This document shows positions 46,207-55,548 of a stretch of DNA of 64,000 nt, piece by piece. Below the pieces are notes generated by a model. It had not been told where the DNA came from and made no database searches. It saw only the letters and a program-made list of their open reading frames with translations. The stretch's first letter is position 1, and every line of letters begins with the position of its first letter. The position numbers and the translations under genes are program-made. The stretch spans positions 608,001-672,000 of the forward strand of contig CAXXIA010000002.1 of NCBI GenBank assembly GCA_963666985.2, given 5' to 3'. Source of the stretch: Spirochaetia bacterium (GTDB lineage: Bacteria > Spirochaetota > Spirochaetia > DSM-2461).

Positions 46207-47750
46207 AGACACATGTGAATCAAGACGCGAATCAAAAGGCCGCCGCCGGATTCTCCGGTTCATCCGAAATCCTCCCGGCGGCCGAAAGCCGGACATCATT
46301 CGAAGCCTCCCGTGCCGGAGCGCCCGGCTACCGCTTCCCCGACGCCGATCGGCCGCGCCCCGTATCGCCCCCGGCCATACCGGCCGCGCTGATACGCCGT
46401 GATCCGGCGGCTCTCCCGGAACTCGGAGAAGTGGAAATCGTTCGGCATTACACCGCCCTTTCCCGAAAGAATTACGGCGTTGATTTGGGCTTCTACCCCT
46501 TGGGGTCGTGCACCATGAAGTACAATCCCAAGCTCAACGAAGACGCCGCGGCCCTGCCCGGATTCAACCTTCTTCATCCTCTCCAGTCCGATACGGACGC
46601 CGAAGGCACCCTGGAACTCTCCGGCCGGCTTATGGAAGGACTCTGCGCCGTTACGGGCATGGCGTGGGGAACGCTGCAGCCCATGGCCGGAGCCCACGGG
46701 GAATTCGTCGGCATGAAAATTTTCCGGGCCGCCTTCCGCGCCCGGGGAGAAGAAAAGCGCCGGCGTCTTCTGGTGCCGGACAGCTCCCACGGCACCAATC
46801 CGGCCAGCGCCCACCTGGCGGGCTTCGAGGTGATTACCCTCCCCTCCGGTCCCGACGGACTTTTAACCCCCGAATCGCTGAATCCCTACCTCGACGACGA
46901 ACTGGCGGGGATTATGCTCACCAATCCCAACACGCTCGGCCTCTTCGAGAACCGCATTCTCGAAATCGCGGAAAAAATCCACGGCGCCGGGGGCCTGCTT
47001 TACTACGACGGAGCCAACCTCAACGCCGTTATGGGCCGCGCCCGTCCCGGCGACATGGGCTTCGACGTGATGCACATGAACCTGCATAAAACCTTCGCCA
47101 CCCCCCACGGCGGCGGCGGTCCGGGCGCCGGACCGGTCCTGGTTGGCGAATCCCTCATTCCCTATCTGCCGTTTCCGGTTATTGCACGGAAAGAGGGTGC
47201 CTGGATTCGGGATTGGAACAGGCCCGAAAGCATCGGAAAGGCATCCGGTTGGTACGGGAACACCGGTGTGCTCATCCGGGCCTTCGCCTACCTGCTGTCC
47301 ATGGGCTCGGACGGTCTGAAACGGGCGACTGACCTTGCGGTGCTCAACGCGAATTATCTGCTCTCTCTCCTGAAAGGCGACTACGACGCGCCGTTCGGCG
47401 GTCCCTGCAAACACGAATTCGTCCTTTCGGCCAAAAGTCTGAAAGATGCCACGGGCATAACGGCCATGGACATCGCCAAAGGACTCATCGAGCACGGAAT
47501 TCATCCGCCGACGGTGTACTTCCCTCTTATCGTTCAAGAATGTCTGATGATCGAGCCGACCGAAACCGAAACACGGGAATCCCTGGATCGATTCGTTTCG
47601 GTGATGAAGAAACTGCGGAATCTGGCCGAATCAAACCCCGAGGAACTGCACGCCATGCCGCGGGAATGCGCCGTCGGCCGCGTCGACGAGGTTAAGGCGG
47701 CCCGCAATCCGGTCTTAAGTCATATGATGAAAATGAAACGGCCGGAGTAG
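46203..47750 (+). CDS. gcvPB: Glycine dehydrogenase subunit 2
   Basis: YPLGSCTMKYNPK, HGTNPASA, YYDGAN, NLHKTF.TPHGGGGPG (PLP-Lys), EPTETE; ATGA overlap with gcvPA. Confidence 0.96.
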   Translation: MKTHVNQDANQKAAAGFSGSSEILPAAESRTSFEASRAGAPGYRFPDADRPRPVSPPAIPAALIRRDPAALPELGEVEIVRHYTALSRKNYGVDLGFYPLGSCTMKYNPKLNEDAAALPGFNLLHPLQSDTDAEGTLELSGRLMEGLCAVTGMAWGTLQPMAGAHGEFVGMKIFRAAFRARGEEKRRRLLVPDSSHGTNPASAHLAGFEVITLPSGPDGLLTPESLNPYLDDELAGIMLTNPNTLGLFENRILEIAEKIHGAGGLLYYDGANLNAVMGRARPGDMGFDVMHMNLHKTFATPHGGGGPGAGPVLVGESLIPYLPFPVIARKEGAWIRDWNRPESIGKASGWYGNTGVLIRAFAYLLSMGSDGLKRATDLAVLNANYLLSLLKGDYDAPFGGPCKHEFVLSAKSLKDATGITAMDIAKGLIEHGIHPPTVYFPLIVQECLMIEPTETETRESLDRFVSVMKKLRNLAESNPEELHAMPRECAVGRVDEVKAARNPVLSHMMKMKRPE

Positions 47751-47776
47751 AGCCGACGGAGGGCTGGAGTGGAATG

Positions 47777-48358
47777 TTATTCGAAAAACGTTTCCCACTC
47801 TTCCGGAAAATTGAAGTGGGCTTTTTCAAAAAGCGGTGTTTTCGCGTAGGGCCTGTTCCAGGAATACCGGGAGTAGAAGAGCGGAAGCCGATGAACGATA
47901 TCACCCCGGTCGTAGAGGGCAAGAATCGTTGAATTAGTTTGCATAACATCTTTCCACAGCCAGCGGATCGCGGCCGCGTTCCCGATCTTCGGAGCGTTAA
48001 TGAGATAGGTCTGCCGTTGAATGCCGTTCGACGGCAAGGGAAACAGCAGGATCGCCGCGACGGCCCCTCCCATCGAATGCCCCATAATCCGAATCTCATC
48101 GATGTTATGTCCGGTCATTTCGCCTATTAAATGAGCCGCAAGATTCTGAGCCATGCGATACCAAACCGGGTGAAACTTAACGGGCGAATCGGGCCAAGGC
48201 CGCACCTTCGGCCATGTTGCGAAATCGCCGATATAATCGGTCCAGTGATTGGCGCTTTCAATTCTCACGCGAAGGACCTTGTCTTTGAGAAGGTACTTCG
48301 CTTCGATTCCCCTCTTGTTATCCGAGTATCCGTACTTCTCAATCGTTCCGATGGTCAT
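47777..48358 (-). CDS. Small class 3 lipase-like protein
   Basis: H..W, GHSMGGAVA nucleophile elbow, APKIGN, DIVHRLP. Confidence 0.8.
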   Translation of the reverse strand: MTIGTIEKYGYSDNKRGIEAKYLLKDKVLRVRIESANHWTDYIGDFATWPKVRPWPDSPVKFHPVWYRMAQNLAAHLIGEMTGHNIDEIRIMGHSMGGAVAAILLFPLPSNGIQRQTYLINAPKIGNAAAIRWLWKDVMQTNSTILALYDRGDIVHRLPLFYSRYSWNRPYAKTPLFEKAHFNFPEEWETFFE

Positions 48359-48602
48359 TCCGTGCTCTCTGAATGAAATGTCTGAATCGAGCTGCCCACT
48401 GTTCTACCGCCGCTTCTTCGAATACCGAGTTTTCATGGATTGATGAATAATCGGATGTATTTAATTCAAATGTTTGTTTCTTATTAGGTCAATAAAACCA
48501 AAGTGTTACGCATAAAAAATATCAATTGATAGCTATTTAAATGTTTTTATATAATTAAATGGCATGAAGAATGTTCTTGCCATTTTGTTTAAAGGATAGA
48601 AG

Positions 48603-51600
48603 ATGACACGTTTTTTTGTTCTTTTCTTCTTAATCCTCCCGCTCTCCCTGAACGCGCAACAAGCACTAAAAATCAATACGGTTGATGAACGGATAAACGT
48701 GACATCCCATCTTCAATATTTCATCGATGAGAGTAAGACCGCTACACCGTCCGAAATAATTTCCGGAACGTACGACAAGGATTTCCGGAGGGTACATGAG
48801 GAAAGCATCAATCTCGGATACATCCGTAAGCCGGTCTGGTTCCGTCTTGATGTTGATGCCTCGGATATGTCCAAGGATTTGATTCTGGCGGTAAATGAAC
48901 GATGCCAATACGCTGATTTTTACATTTCAGATTCATCCAATAAAATCCTGAAACATATTTCAAGTGGAATTTATAGGCCAATATCACAGCGGGAGATTAC
49001 CGCGAGAACACTTGCCTTCCATCTTCCGGAAGCAAGTTCGGATAAAATCCGCATCTTTCTCTGTATCCGTTCGAATATTTCACTGGGACTCTCCGTTAAT
49101 ATCTGGAGCGCAGAGCCGTTTTTCAGAACCGAGAGAAGACAGAATATTGCTATCGCCTTATTCTGCGGTTTCCTTGCGGCGTTAATATTCTACCAGGCTC
49201 TTCTGGGACTCTTTCTCCGCTCTTGGGATTTCGTCCTTTTCAGTATGCTTTTATTCGTCTTTTTATTAATCTGCACCACATCCCTTGTTATTATATCAAT
49301 GCTGTTCTCCGGACCTTGGCAGATTCAGACCTTCCGGTTTCAGTTGCTGTTATTTTCAAGCTTTGCCGTTGTTTTCAGGATCTTCTCCCGGGGATTTATC
49401 ACCGTTACGCATCGATATCTAAAACACGTGCCGCTGCTTTTAGGTCTTTTCTATACCGTTATAGTAATTATCGGTATCGTCTCTCCGGCACCTGGTTTCC
49501 TCTTTGCCTTTCTTATGCCCCTCATCAGTCTCGATTTTTTTCATATTGCCGTGCTCGCAGCCCTTTCGTCATTTCAAAAAAGAAGAGACAGCCTTCTCTT
49601 CTCCATCTCCTTCATACCGACCTTTGCACTCTTCCTTATACGCTCTCTTGATAATTCAGGATTAATTTCCGAAAACATTCTTACTCGCTATGGGATATTC
49701 CTTTCGGTCCCGATTACCGTTCTTCTTTTCTCCTCCGCCCTTGCCTTTCGTTTTCATTCGGTACAGCGGGAAGCGGCTCATTACAAGGAACTGTCCATCC
49801 GGCGTTTGGAATCCCTAAACAGAAATAAAGACAATTTCCTGTCGTCGACGGCCCATGAACTTCGCACGCCGCTTCATGGGATAATCGGCCTGACTTCGGC
49901 CGTACTACAGGAGGATGGTTCCGTTTTATCTTCTCGAAGCGTGGATAACCTTGAATCCGTTTCCATGAGTGCATGGAGGCTGTCATCGCTCGTCAACGAC
50001 ATTCTCGATTCCGACAAAATCAGATCGGGAAATTTCCAAATCGGCAAACAAACTCTTGATTTTCGTCCGATAGCCAAGCGGGTCGTGTCCGGGATGGCAC
50101 CGCTGTTCCGCGGTAAAAAACTTTCATTGGAGCTGAGAATTCCGGAAGTTCTCCCTTCCGTCTCCGGTGATGAAAACCGGATTCAGCAGATTCTCTACAA
50201 CCTTCTGGGGAACGCCCTGAGATTCACCCTTGAAGGAACGGTCCTTCTGTCGGCGGAACCGTCCGCCGACATGCTGATTGTTACCATTGAAGACTCAGGG
50301 ATTGGAATACCGGAAGAACAAGCCGAGATCATATTTGAACGCTATGAGCAGGGTGGTGAAAAAATTTCCCGCCGATTCGGCGGCACGGGTTTGGGACTTT
50401 CCTTAACGAAGCATCTCGTCGAGCTGCATAACGGACGGATATGGTTCGAATCGCAAGAGGGAAAGGGCTCCCGCTTCATGTTTTCCCTTCCTCTTGCGGC
50501 CGGCAGCGGCCAAAATGTCCATGAGAAGACATCTCCTTCGCTTCCATATTCCGTTATTGATGAGGCGACCGCCTTTTCCGGAATCGAACAGCCGTTAATC
50601 GAGGAATTCGACACACGGCCCGTCGTCGTCGCCGTCGATGATGATCCGATCAATCTTAAAGTAATAGAAAGCTATCTCCCGAGCGATCGGTATTATCTGA
50701 TCTTATTATCGTCGGGAAAGGAACTCGTTGAATTGATCAAGAACACCGCGCGATTGGACCTGGTGCTGCTTGATTTGTATTTGCCGGACATAATGGGCAC
50801 CGTTCTTTGCGCGGACATCAGAGAGCGCTACAGCGCGCTTCAACTCCCCATCCTGATGCTCACGGCCAGCCGCAGCTTGGATGATATTATTCAATCGTTC
50901 GCCCACGGAACGAATGACTATATTGCAAAGCCCGTTTCCAAAGAGGAACTACTTGCGCGGGTTGATACACAGATTGCTCTGAAAAAAGCTGTCGAGCATA
51001 AAGATCTTACGAACAGGATGCTGAACGAAATCGACAGTCTGGTCAGTTTCGGTTTTCTGGCATCCGCCTTTTTGCTCAGTGATGAAGAAGCCGACAGTGA
51101 AAATGAATTACTCCTCGATGAAATGTACAAGTACTTCCTTCCGATAATGACCAAATACATCGATAACACGGAATTGGCGGCAGAAGGTATTGATGTACAC
51201 AGTAGGAATCTGAGTCATCGGAGGATTTTTACCCGTTTGAAGGAATCGGGGTTCGAAAAAATCGAAGCGATGTTTCAGGAAATTCGAACAACCGTAAAGA
51301 CTCGGGAGAAAACAATCGGCGATATTGAACGGATAAGCTCGGAAATCTACAATCTTGTTGCCGAACTACTCTATTCAGGCAAGGAAAAGAACTCCCATCT
51401 GAACATAAACACCGATTTACTGATTCAAAAATACCGCTTTACAGCCCGGGAAATCGAAATTATTCAAATGGTTATCCAGGGAGCGACGAATCAGGAAATC
51501 GTGGAGGAAATGGGAATTACGCTGAATACGGTGAAGCACCATCTCTATAACATCTATAATAAAACAGGTGTCGATAACCGTTCTCATATGGTGTATACCG

Positions 51601-51626
51601 TACTAAAATCCGCTGAGGGAGAATAA
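48603..51626 (+). CDS. 7TM-DISM hybrid sensor histidine kinase with REC and C-terminal LuxR HTH
   Basis: Signal peptide, NLGY...VWFRL (DISMED2), 7 TM helices, AHELRTPL, QILYNLLGNA, DSGIGI, GGTGLGL, VDDD...D...KP, FTAREIEII...TVKHHLYNIYNK. Confidence 0.88.
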   Translation: MTRFFVLFFLILPLSLNAQQALKINTVDERINVTSHLQYFIDESKTATPSEIISGTYDKDFRRVHEESINLGYIRKPVWFRLDVDASDMSKDLILAVNERCQYADFYISDSSNKILKHISSGIYRPISQREITARTLAFHLPEASSDKIRIFLCIRSNISLGLSVNIWSAEPFFRTERRQNIAIALFCGFLAALIFYQALLGLFLRSWDFVLFSMLLFVFLLICTTSLVIISMLFSGPWQIQTFRFQLLLFSSFAVVFRIFSRGFITVTHRYLKHVPLLLGLFYTVIVIIGIVSPAPGFLFAFLMPLISLDFFHIAVLAALSSFQKRRDSLLFSISFIPTFALFLIRSLDNSGLISENILTRYGIFLSVPITVLLFSSALAFRFHSVQREAAHYKELSIRRLESLNRNKDNFLSSTAHELRTPLHGIIGLTSAVLQEDGSVLSSRSVDNLESVSMSAWRLSSLVNDILDSDKIRSGNFQIGKQTLDFRPIAKRVVSGMAPLFRGKKLSLELRIPEVLPSVSGDENRIQQILYNLLGNALRFTLEGTVLLSAEPSADMLIVTIEDSGIGIPEEQAEIIFERYEQGGEKISRRFGGTGLGLSLTKHLVELHNGRIWFESQEGKGSRFMFSLPLAAGSGQNVHEKTSPSLPYSVIDEATAFSGIEQPLIEEFDTRPVVVAVDDDPINLKVIESYLPSDRYYLILLSSGKELVELIKNTARLDLVLLDLYLPDIMGTVLCADIRERYSALQLPILMLTASRSLDDIIQSFAHGTNDYIAKPVSKEELLARVDTQIALKKAVEHKDLTNRMLNEIDSLVSFGFLASAFLLSDEEADSENELLLDEMYKYFLPIMTKYIDNTELAAEGIDVHSRNLSHRRIFTRLKESGFEKIEAMFQEIRTTVKTREKTIGDIERISSEIYNLVAELLYSGKEKNSHLNINTDLLIQKYRFTAREIEIIQMVIQGATNQEIVEEMGITLNTVKHHLYNIYNKTGVDNRSHMVYTVLKSAEGE

Positions 51627-51742
51627 ACGGCTTCGTATGAGATCGGCTTGGATTCCGAGCGGCCGGAATAGAGCCGCAAACGACTTTATTATACCAGCGC
51701 GCCGCAAATTCTCCGTCTTCTTTGTGCCGGAGCCGGCGCGTC

Positions 51743-52189
51743 TTACAGCCCCAAGGACTCCGGCAACCTCTCCACAAAAGCTTTGATTTCATCCCGAACA
51801 CGGCGGTAGCAGTCCAGCTGTTCCTCCTCGGAGGCACCTTTCGCCGCCAGTTCGGCGGCCAGTTGCGGCGGATCTTCAAAGCCCGCATGAATCACTTTGC
51901 CTTTTCCAAGGTACAGAGGGCAATTCTCATGCGCATGGCCGCAGACCGTGACAACCGCATCAAAGGCGACATCCTTGTACTCCAAAGAGTTCTTGGAAAC
52001 ATGATGTGAGATATCCACCCCGGACTCGGCCATAACCTTCACCGCATTGGTATTCAGACCGTGAGTCTCGATACCCGCCGAGAACGGTTCCAGAACATCG
52101 CCTTTCAAAGCCCGCGCCCAGCCTTCGGCCATCTGGCTGCGGCATGAATTCCCGGTGCAGAGAAAGAGAATTTTCAACTTTGCGCTCAT
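51743..52189 (-). CDS. arsC: Arsenate reductase (thioredoxin-coupled, LMW-PTP fold)
   Basis: CTGNSCRSQMAEG, TVCGHAHENCP, EDP...RVRDEI. Confidence 0.9.
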   Translation of the reverse strand: MSAKLKILFLCTGNSCRSQMAEGWARALKGDVLEPFSAGIETHGLNTNAVKVMAESGVDISHHVSKNSLEYKDVAFDAVVTVCGHAHENCPLYLGKGKVIHAGFEDPPQLAAELAAKGASEEEQLDCYRRVRDEIKAFVERLPESLGL

Positions 52190-52378
52190 CCTTGCATTCC
52201 CCTTTTTGTTATCATCGGTTCACACCACCGAATCCGCCGCACCGAGGTAAGATGGAATAAATCCGGCTTCCGGCCTGCGGAACCGGTCGGGGTTCGGCCC
52301 GTTTCGGCGGCGCCGAGCCAAACGGGATTCGGCCTTGTTTCCGATTCGCCGAACAAGGCGGCATGTGAACCATGCCGC

Positions 52379-53290
52379 TCAGGCCAGCAGCATCAAAGTA
52401 ATTGGTATGGTAATCAGCGCCAGAGCCGTCGATAGAGTAACCGCTCTGGCCAGAAATCCTTCATCAAGTCCCATCGCTTCTCCCATAATCAGGCTGTTGG
52501 CGGCTACCGGCATTACGGAAACCGTCATAACAACCGTCCGGCTTAAGCCGTCCATCCCGCCGATAAGACGTGTCGTCAGCCACGCGGCGCCGAACCCGAA
52601 AGCCAGCCGAAGCGGAAGCAGAATCGCCAGTTCGCCCCACTCCCCCCGAAACGACAGAGACAGCCCGACGCCGAACAGAATGAGCGTGGTGGTCATATCG
52701 CCGAAGGCGGTCAGCGAATCCATCAGAACCGGAGAAATTCTCAGTCCCGTTAAGGCGCAGAGCAGTCCCGCGAGAAATCCGGCGATGATGGGAATCCCGA
52801 TTTTCAGTGTCCGCAAAGCCGACGTCCGATCTTCCTCGGATCCTCCGGTGAAAAATCCGGCTGAAAAAGAATAGAGAATCGTCAGCGGCCAAAACAGCGT
52901 GGTGAACATCAGATTTCGTTCCAGAGCGCCCTCGCCAAGTCCGATATCGGTTACCGCCCATCCGAAATAACCGATATTCCCGAGGATAATGATAAGAACG
53001 TTCTCCACACGCCGCTTTTGGAAAAACGGAATCCGGGTAACGGCCATGGCGATAAGCCAGAGAAGCCCCATGTAAAGAGGAAGAGCGAGAGTAACCGGCA
53101 GTACTTGCGAAAGCATGTCCACGTCCAGAGTCGCCATGCTCGTAAACATGAGAATCGGAATCGTAATTCTCAGGCAAAACCGATTCAGAGTATGGGCGGC
53201 TTCCATCGGAAAATACCCTGAGATCTTAACAATGAAGCCCAAAACGATAGGAAGATAGATGGGCAGGAAAATAGGGATATAATCGGCCAT
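52379..53290 (-). CDS. AEC (auxin efflux carrier/malate permease) family transporter
   Basis: GNIGYFG, MPVAAN, STAL; about 10 TM helices. Confidence 0.85.
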   Translation of the reverse strand: MADYIPIFLPIYLPIVLGFIVKISGYFPMEAAHTLNRFCLRITIPILMFTSMATLDVDMLSQVLPVTLALPLYMGLLWLIAMAVTRIPFFQKRRVENVLIIILGNIGYFGWAVTDIGLGEGALERNLMFTTLFWPLTILYSFSAGFFTGGSEEDRTSALRTLKIGIPIIAGFLAGLLCALTGLRISPVLMDSLTAFGDMTTTLILFGVGLSLSFRGEWGELAILLPLRLAFGFGAAWLTTRLIGGMDGLSRTVVMTVSVMPVAANSLIMGEAMGLDEGFLARAVTLSTALALITIPITLMLLA

Positions 53291-53487
53291 ATTACCGATT
53301 TTAGCGACAATGGATTCCGGCGGGAACGACCCAAAAGCCCGTTCTTCAGAGTATCCTCACACCGAAGTTCTTTTTTTCGGAATCTTTCGGCGGAATACGG
53401 TACATGATTTCCTTTATATCCGCGGCCGGCGGATTGGCATTGCGTTATAAGCGGATTATCCTTTACTCAGCGAGGAAAAACGGGAAA

Positions 53488-54420
53488 ATGGTCGTCGATC
53501 TGAGTTTGGTCTCGGCTTCACTGCTGCTCCTTTTTCTCGGAGCCGAAATTCTTGTTCGAGGAAGCGCTTCGATAGCGACTCGATTCGGACTCAGTTCTCT
53601 GATGGTGGGACTGACCATCGTTGCGTTTGGAACCAGTTCTCCGGAGTTCGCGGTAAGCCTGAACGCGGCCGTTTCCCATCAAGCCGATATTTCAATAGGA
53701 AATGTCGTCGGTTCGAACATCTTCAATATCGCGTTTATACTTGGTCTGACATCGCTGATACATCCGGTGCGGATTAATCGGCAGATTATTAAAATCGATG
53801 CGCCGATCGCATTGGGCACCGCCGTTCTCCTTTCTCTGTTCCTCCTCAATGGAAAGCTCGGACTCATCGAGGGGATTGTCTTATTAGCCTGTTTTATCGC
53901 CTATATCCGGCTCAGCTTCTACTTAGGGAAGCGGGAGAATCCCGATAAAAAGGACGATTTGTCCGTCGCCCGGATAACGCGGCATTGGGGACTCGATATC
54001 CTATTGATCATCGGGGGCCTTGTGCTCCTTGTTCTCGGATCTCGTCTGCTCGTTAAGCATTCGGTCAATCTGGCACGCTTCTGGGGAGTATCCGAAGCCG
54101 TCATCGGATTAACAATCGTTTCGGCAGGAACAAGCATTCCGGAACTGGCGACTTCCGTAACGGCGGCTTTGCGGAAACAGCCGGATATCGCCGTCGGCAA
54201 TGTGGTCGGATCGAATATCTTCAATATCCTTGCGATTCTCGGAACATCTTCAATCGTCTCACCTCTCTCGACGCCACAGATATCCGCTCTGGACTATGGC
54301 GCCATGATTTTCTTTTCGATTCTGCTGATTCCGCTTATTTACACGGGGCGTATGCTTCATCGAATAGAGGGACTGCTGCTGCTTGTTTTGTATGGAGTTT
54401 ATTTATTTTTTCTGCTGTAA
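53488..54420 (+). CDS. Calcium/sodium antiporter (YrbG-like)
   Basis: Two alpha repeats: GTSSPE...GNVVGSNIFN and GTSIPE...GNVVGSNIFN. Confidence 0.93.
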   Translation: MVVDLSLVSASLLLLFLGAEILVRGSASIATRFGLSSLMVGLTIVAFGTSSPEFAVSLNAAVSHQADISIGNVVGSNIFNIAFILGLTSLIHPVRINRQIIKIDAPIALGTAVLLSLFLLNGKLGLIEGIVLLACFIAYIRLSFYLGKRENPDKKDDLSVARITRHWGLDILLIIGGLVLLVLGSRLLVKHSVNLARFWGVSEAVIGLTIVSAGTSIPELATSVTAALRKQPDIAVGNVVGSNIFNILAILGTSSIVSPLSTPQISALDYGAMIFFSILLIPLIYTGRMLHRIEGLLLLVLYGVYLFFLL

Positions 54421-54431
54421 AAAAACGGTAA

Positions 54432-55547
54432 CTATTCGGGATTCTTCGCCGGGCTTCCCGCCAGTTTAAATAATAGGCTTTCGCCTTCGTCTTTATAACG
54501 GGATTGTATGGTCAAAATCTCCTCTTGAACGGCGAAAAAGGCATCCACCGCCCGAGGATCAAAATGGCTTCCGCTCTCCTCTTTGATTATTGAAAAGGAT
54601 TTCTCATTTGAAAACGGCTCCTTATAAGGCCGCTTCGCCGTCAGCGCGTCGAAAACATCCGCGACAGCCGTAATCCGTCCTTCAATCGGAATCTCCTCCG
54701 CTTTCAGTCCCCGCGGATATCCGGTACCGTCCCACTTCTCATGATGCGTTACGGCAATCAGTTCCCCCATCCTGATATATTCGCTCTTGGGATTCGCAAG
54801 TATCTGCCCTCCGAACACCGTATGCCGCTTCATAATCGTCCACTCATCGGGACTCAGCTTGCCGGGTTTAAGCAGTATATGATCGGGAATGCCGATTTTC
54901 CCGATATCGTGCATTACGGAAGAATAATAAAGAACCTCGCATACGCTGTCGCGCAAGCCGAGCTTCTTTGCGATTGCGTACGAATACTTGCTCATTCTCT
55001 GAAGATGCATTCCCGTATCTTCGTCTTTATACTCGGCGGCCCGCGATAATCTGAAGACCGTCTCAAGAGACGCGTCCTTCATCTGTTTATTCGCTTCGAG
55101 GATATCCTGAGTTCTTTTTTCCACCTCCTCTTCGAGAATGGTCTGATAACGTCTCATATGGTCGTAATAAGCTTTGACCTTCGTAAGGGATCTTACGCGG
55201 GCGGTCAATTCGGCAATATGCGGCGGTTTGATCAGAAAATCATCGGCTCCCAGCCTCAGGGCTTTAACGCGCACATCAAGATCATCCTCTCCCGTCAGAA
55301 CGACAATCGGAATGTTTTTCTCCTCATCGTCTTCTTTCAGGATTTTTAAAACCTTAATGCCATCCAGAATCGGCATATCGATATCCAAAAGGATAACGTC
55401 GGGATTTGCCGATTTTGCTTTTTCCAATGCTTCCCGCCCGTTTTGGGCTTCAACGACTTTATATTTTTTGGCCAGAAGGATATCCGAAAGCGTTGTTCGC
55501 AAACGCTCGTTGTCGTCCGCGATAAGGATAACCGGCCTATCGTTCAT
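54432..55547 (-). CDS. REC + HD-GYP response regulator (RpfG-like c-di-GMP phosphodiesterase)
   Basis: IADDN...LLDIDMP...KP; HDIGKIGIPD; HHEKWDGTGYP; AVADVFDAL. Confidence 0.95.
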   Translation of the reverse strand: MNDRPVILIADDNERLRTTLSDILLAKKYKVVEAQNGREALEKAKSANPDVILLDIDMPILDGIKVLKILKEDDEEKNIPIVVLTGEDDLDVRVKALRLGADDFLIKPPHIAELTARVRSLTKVKAYYDHMRRYQTILEEEVEKRTQDILEANKQMKDASLETVFRLSRAAEYKDEDTGMHLQRMSKYSYAIAKKLGLRDSVCEVLYYSSVMHDIGKIGIPDHILLKPGKLSPDEWTIMKRHTVFGGQILANPKSEYIRMGELIAVTHHEKWDGTGYPRGLKAEEIPIEGRITAVADVFDALTAKRPYKEPFSNEKSFSIIKEESGSHFDPRAVDAFFAVQEEILTIQSRYKDEGESLLFKLAGSPAKNPE

Positions 55548-55548
55548 C

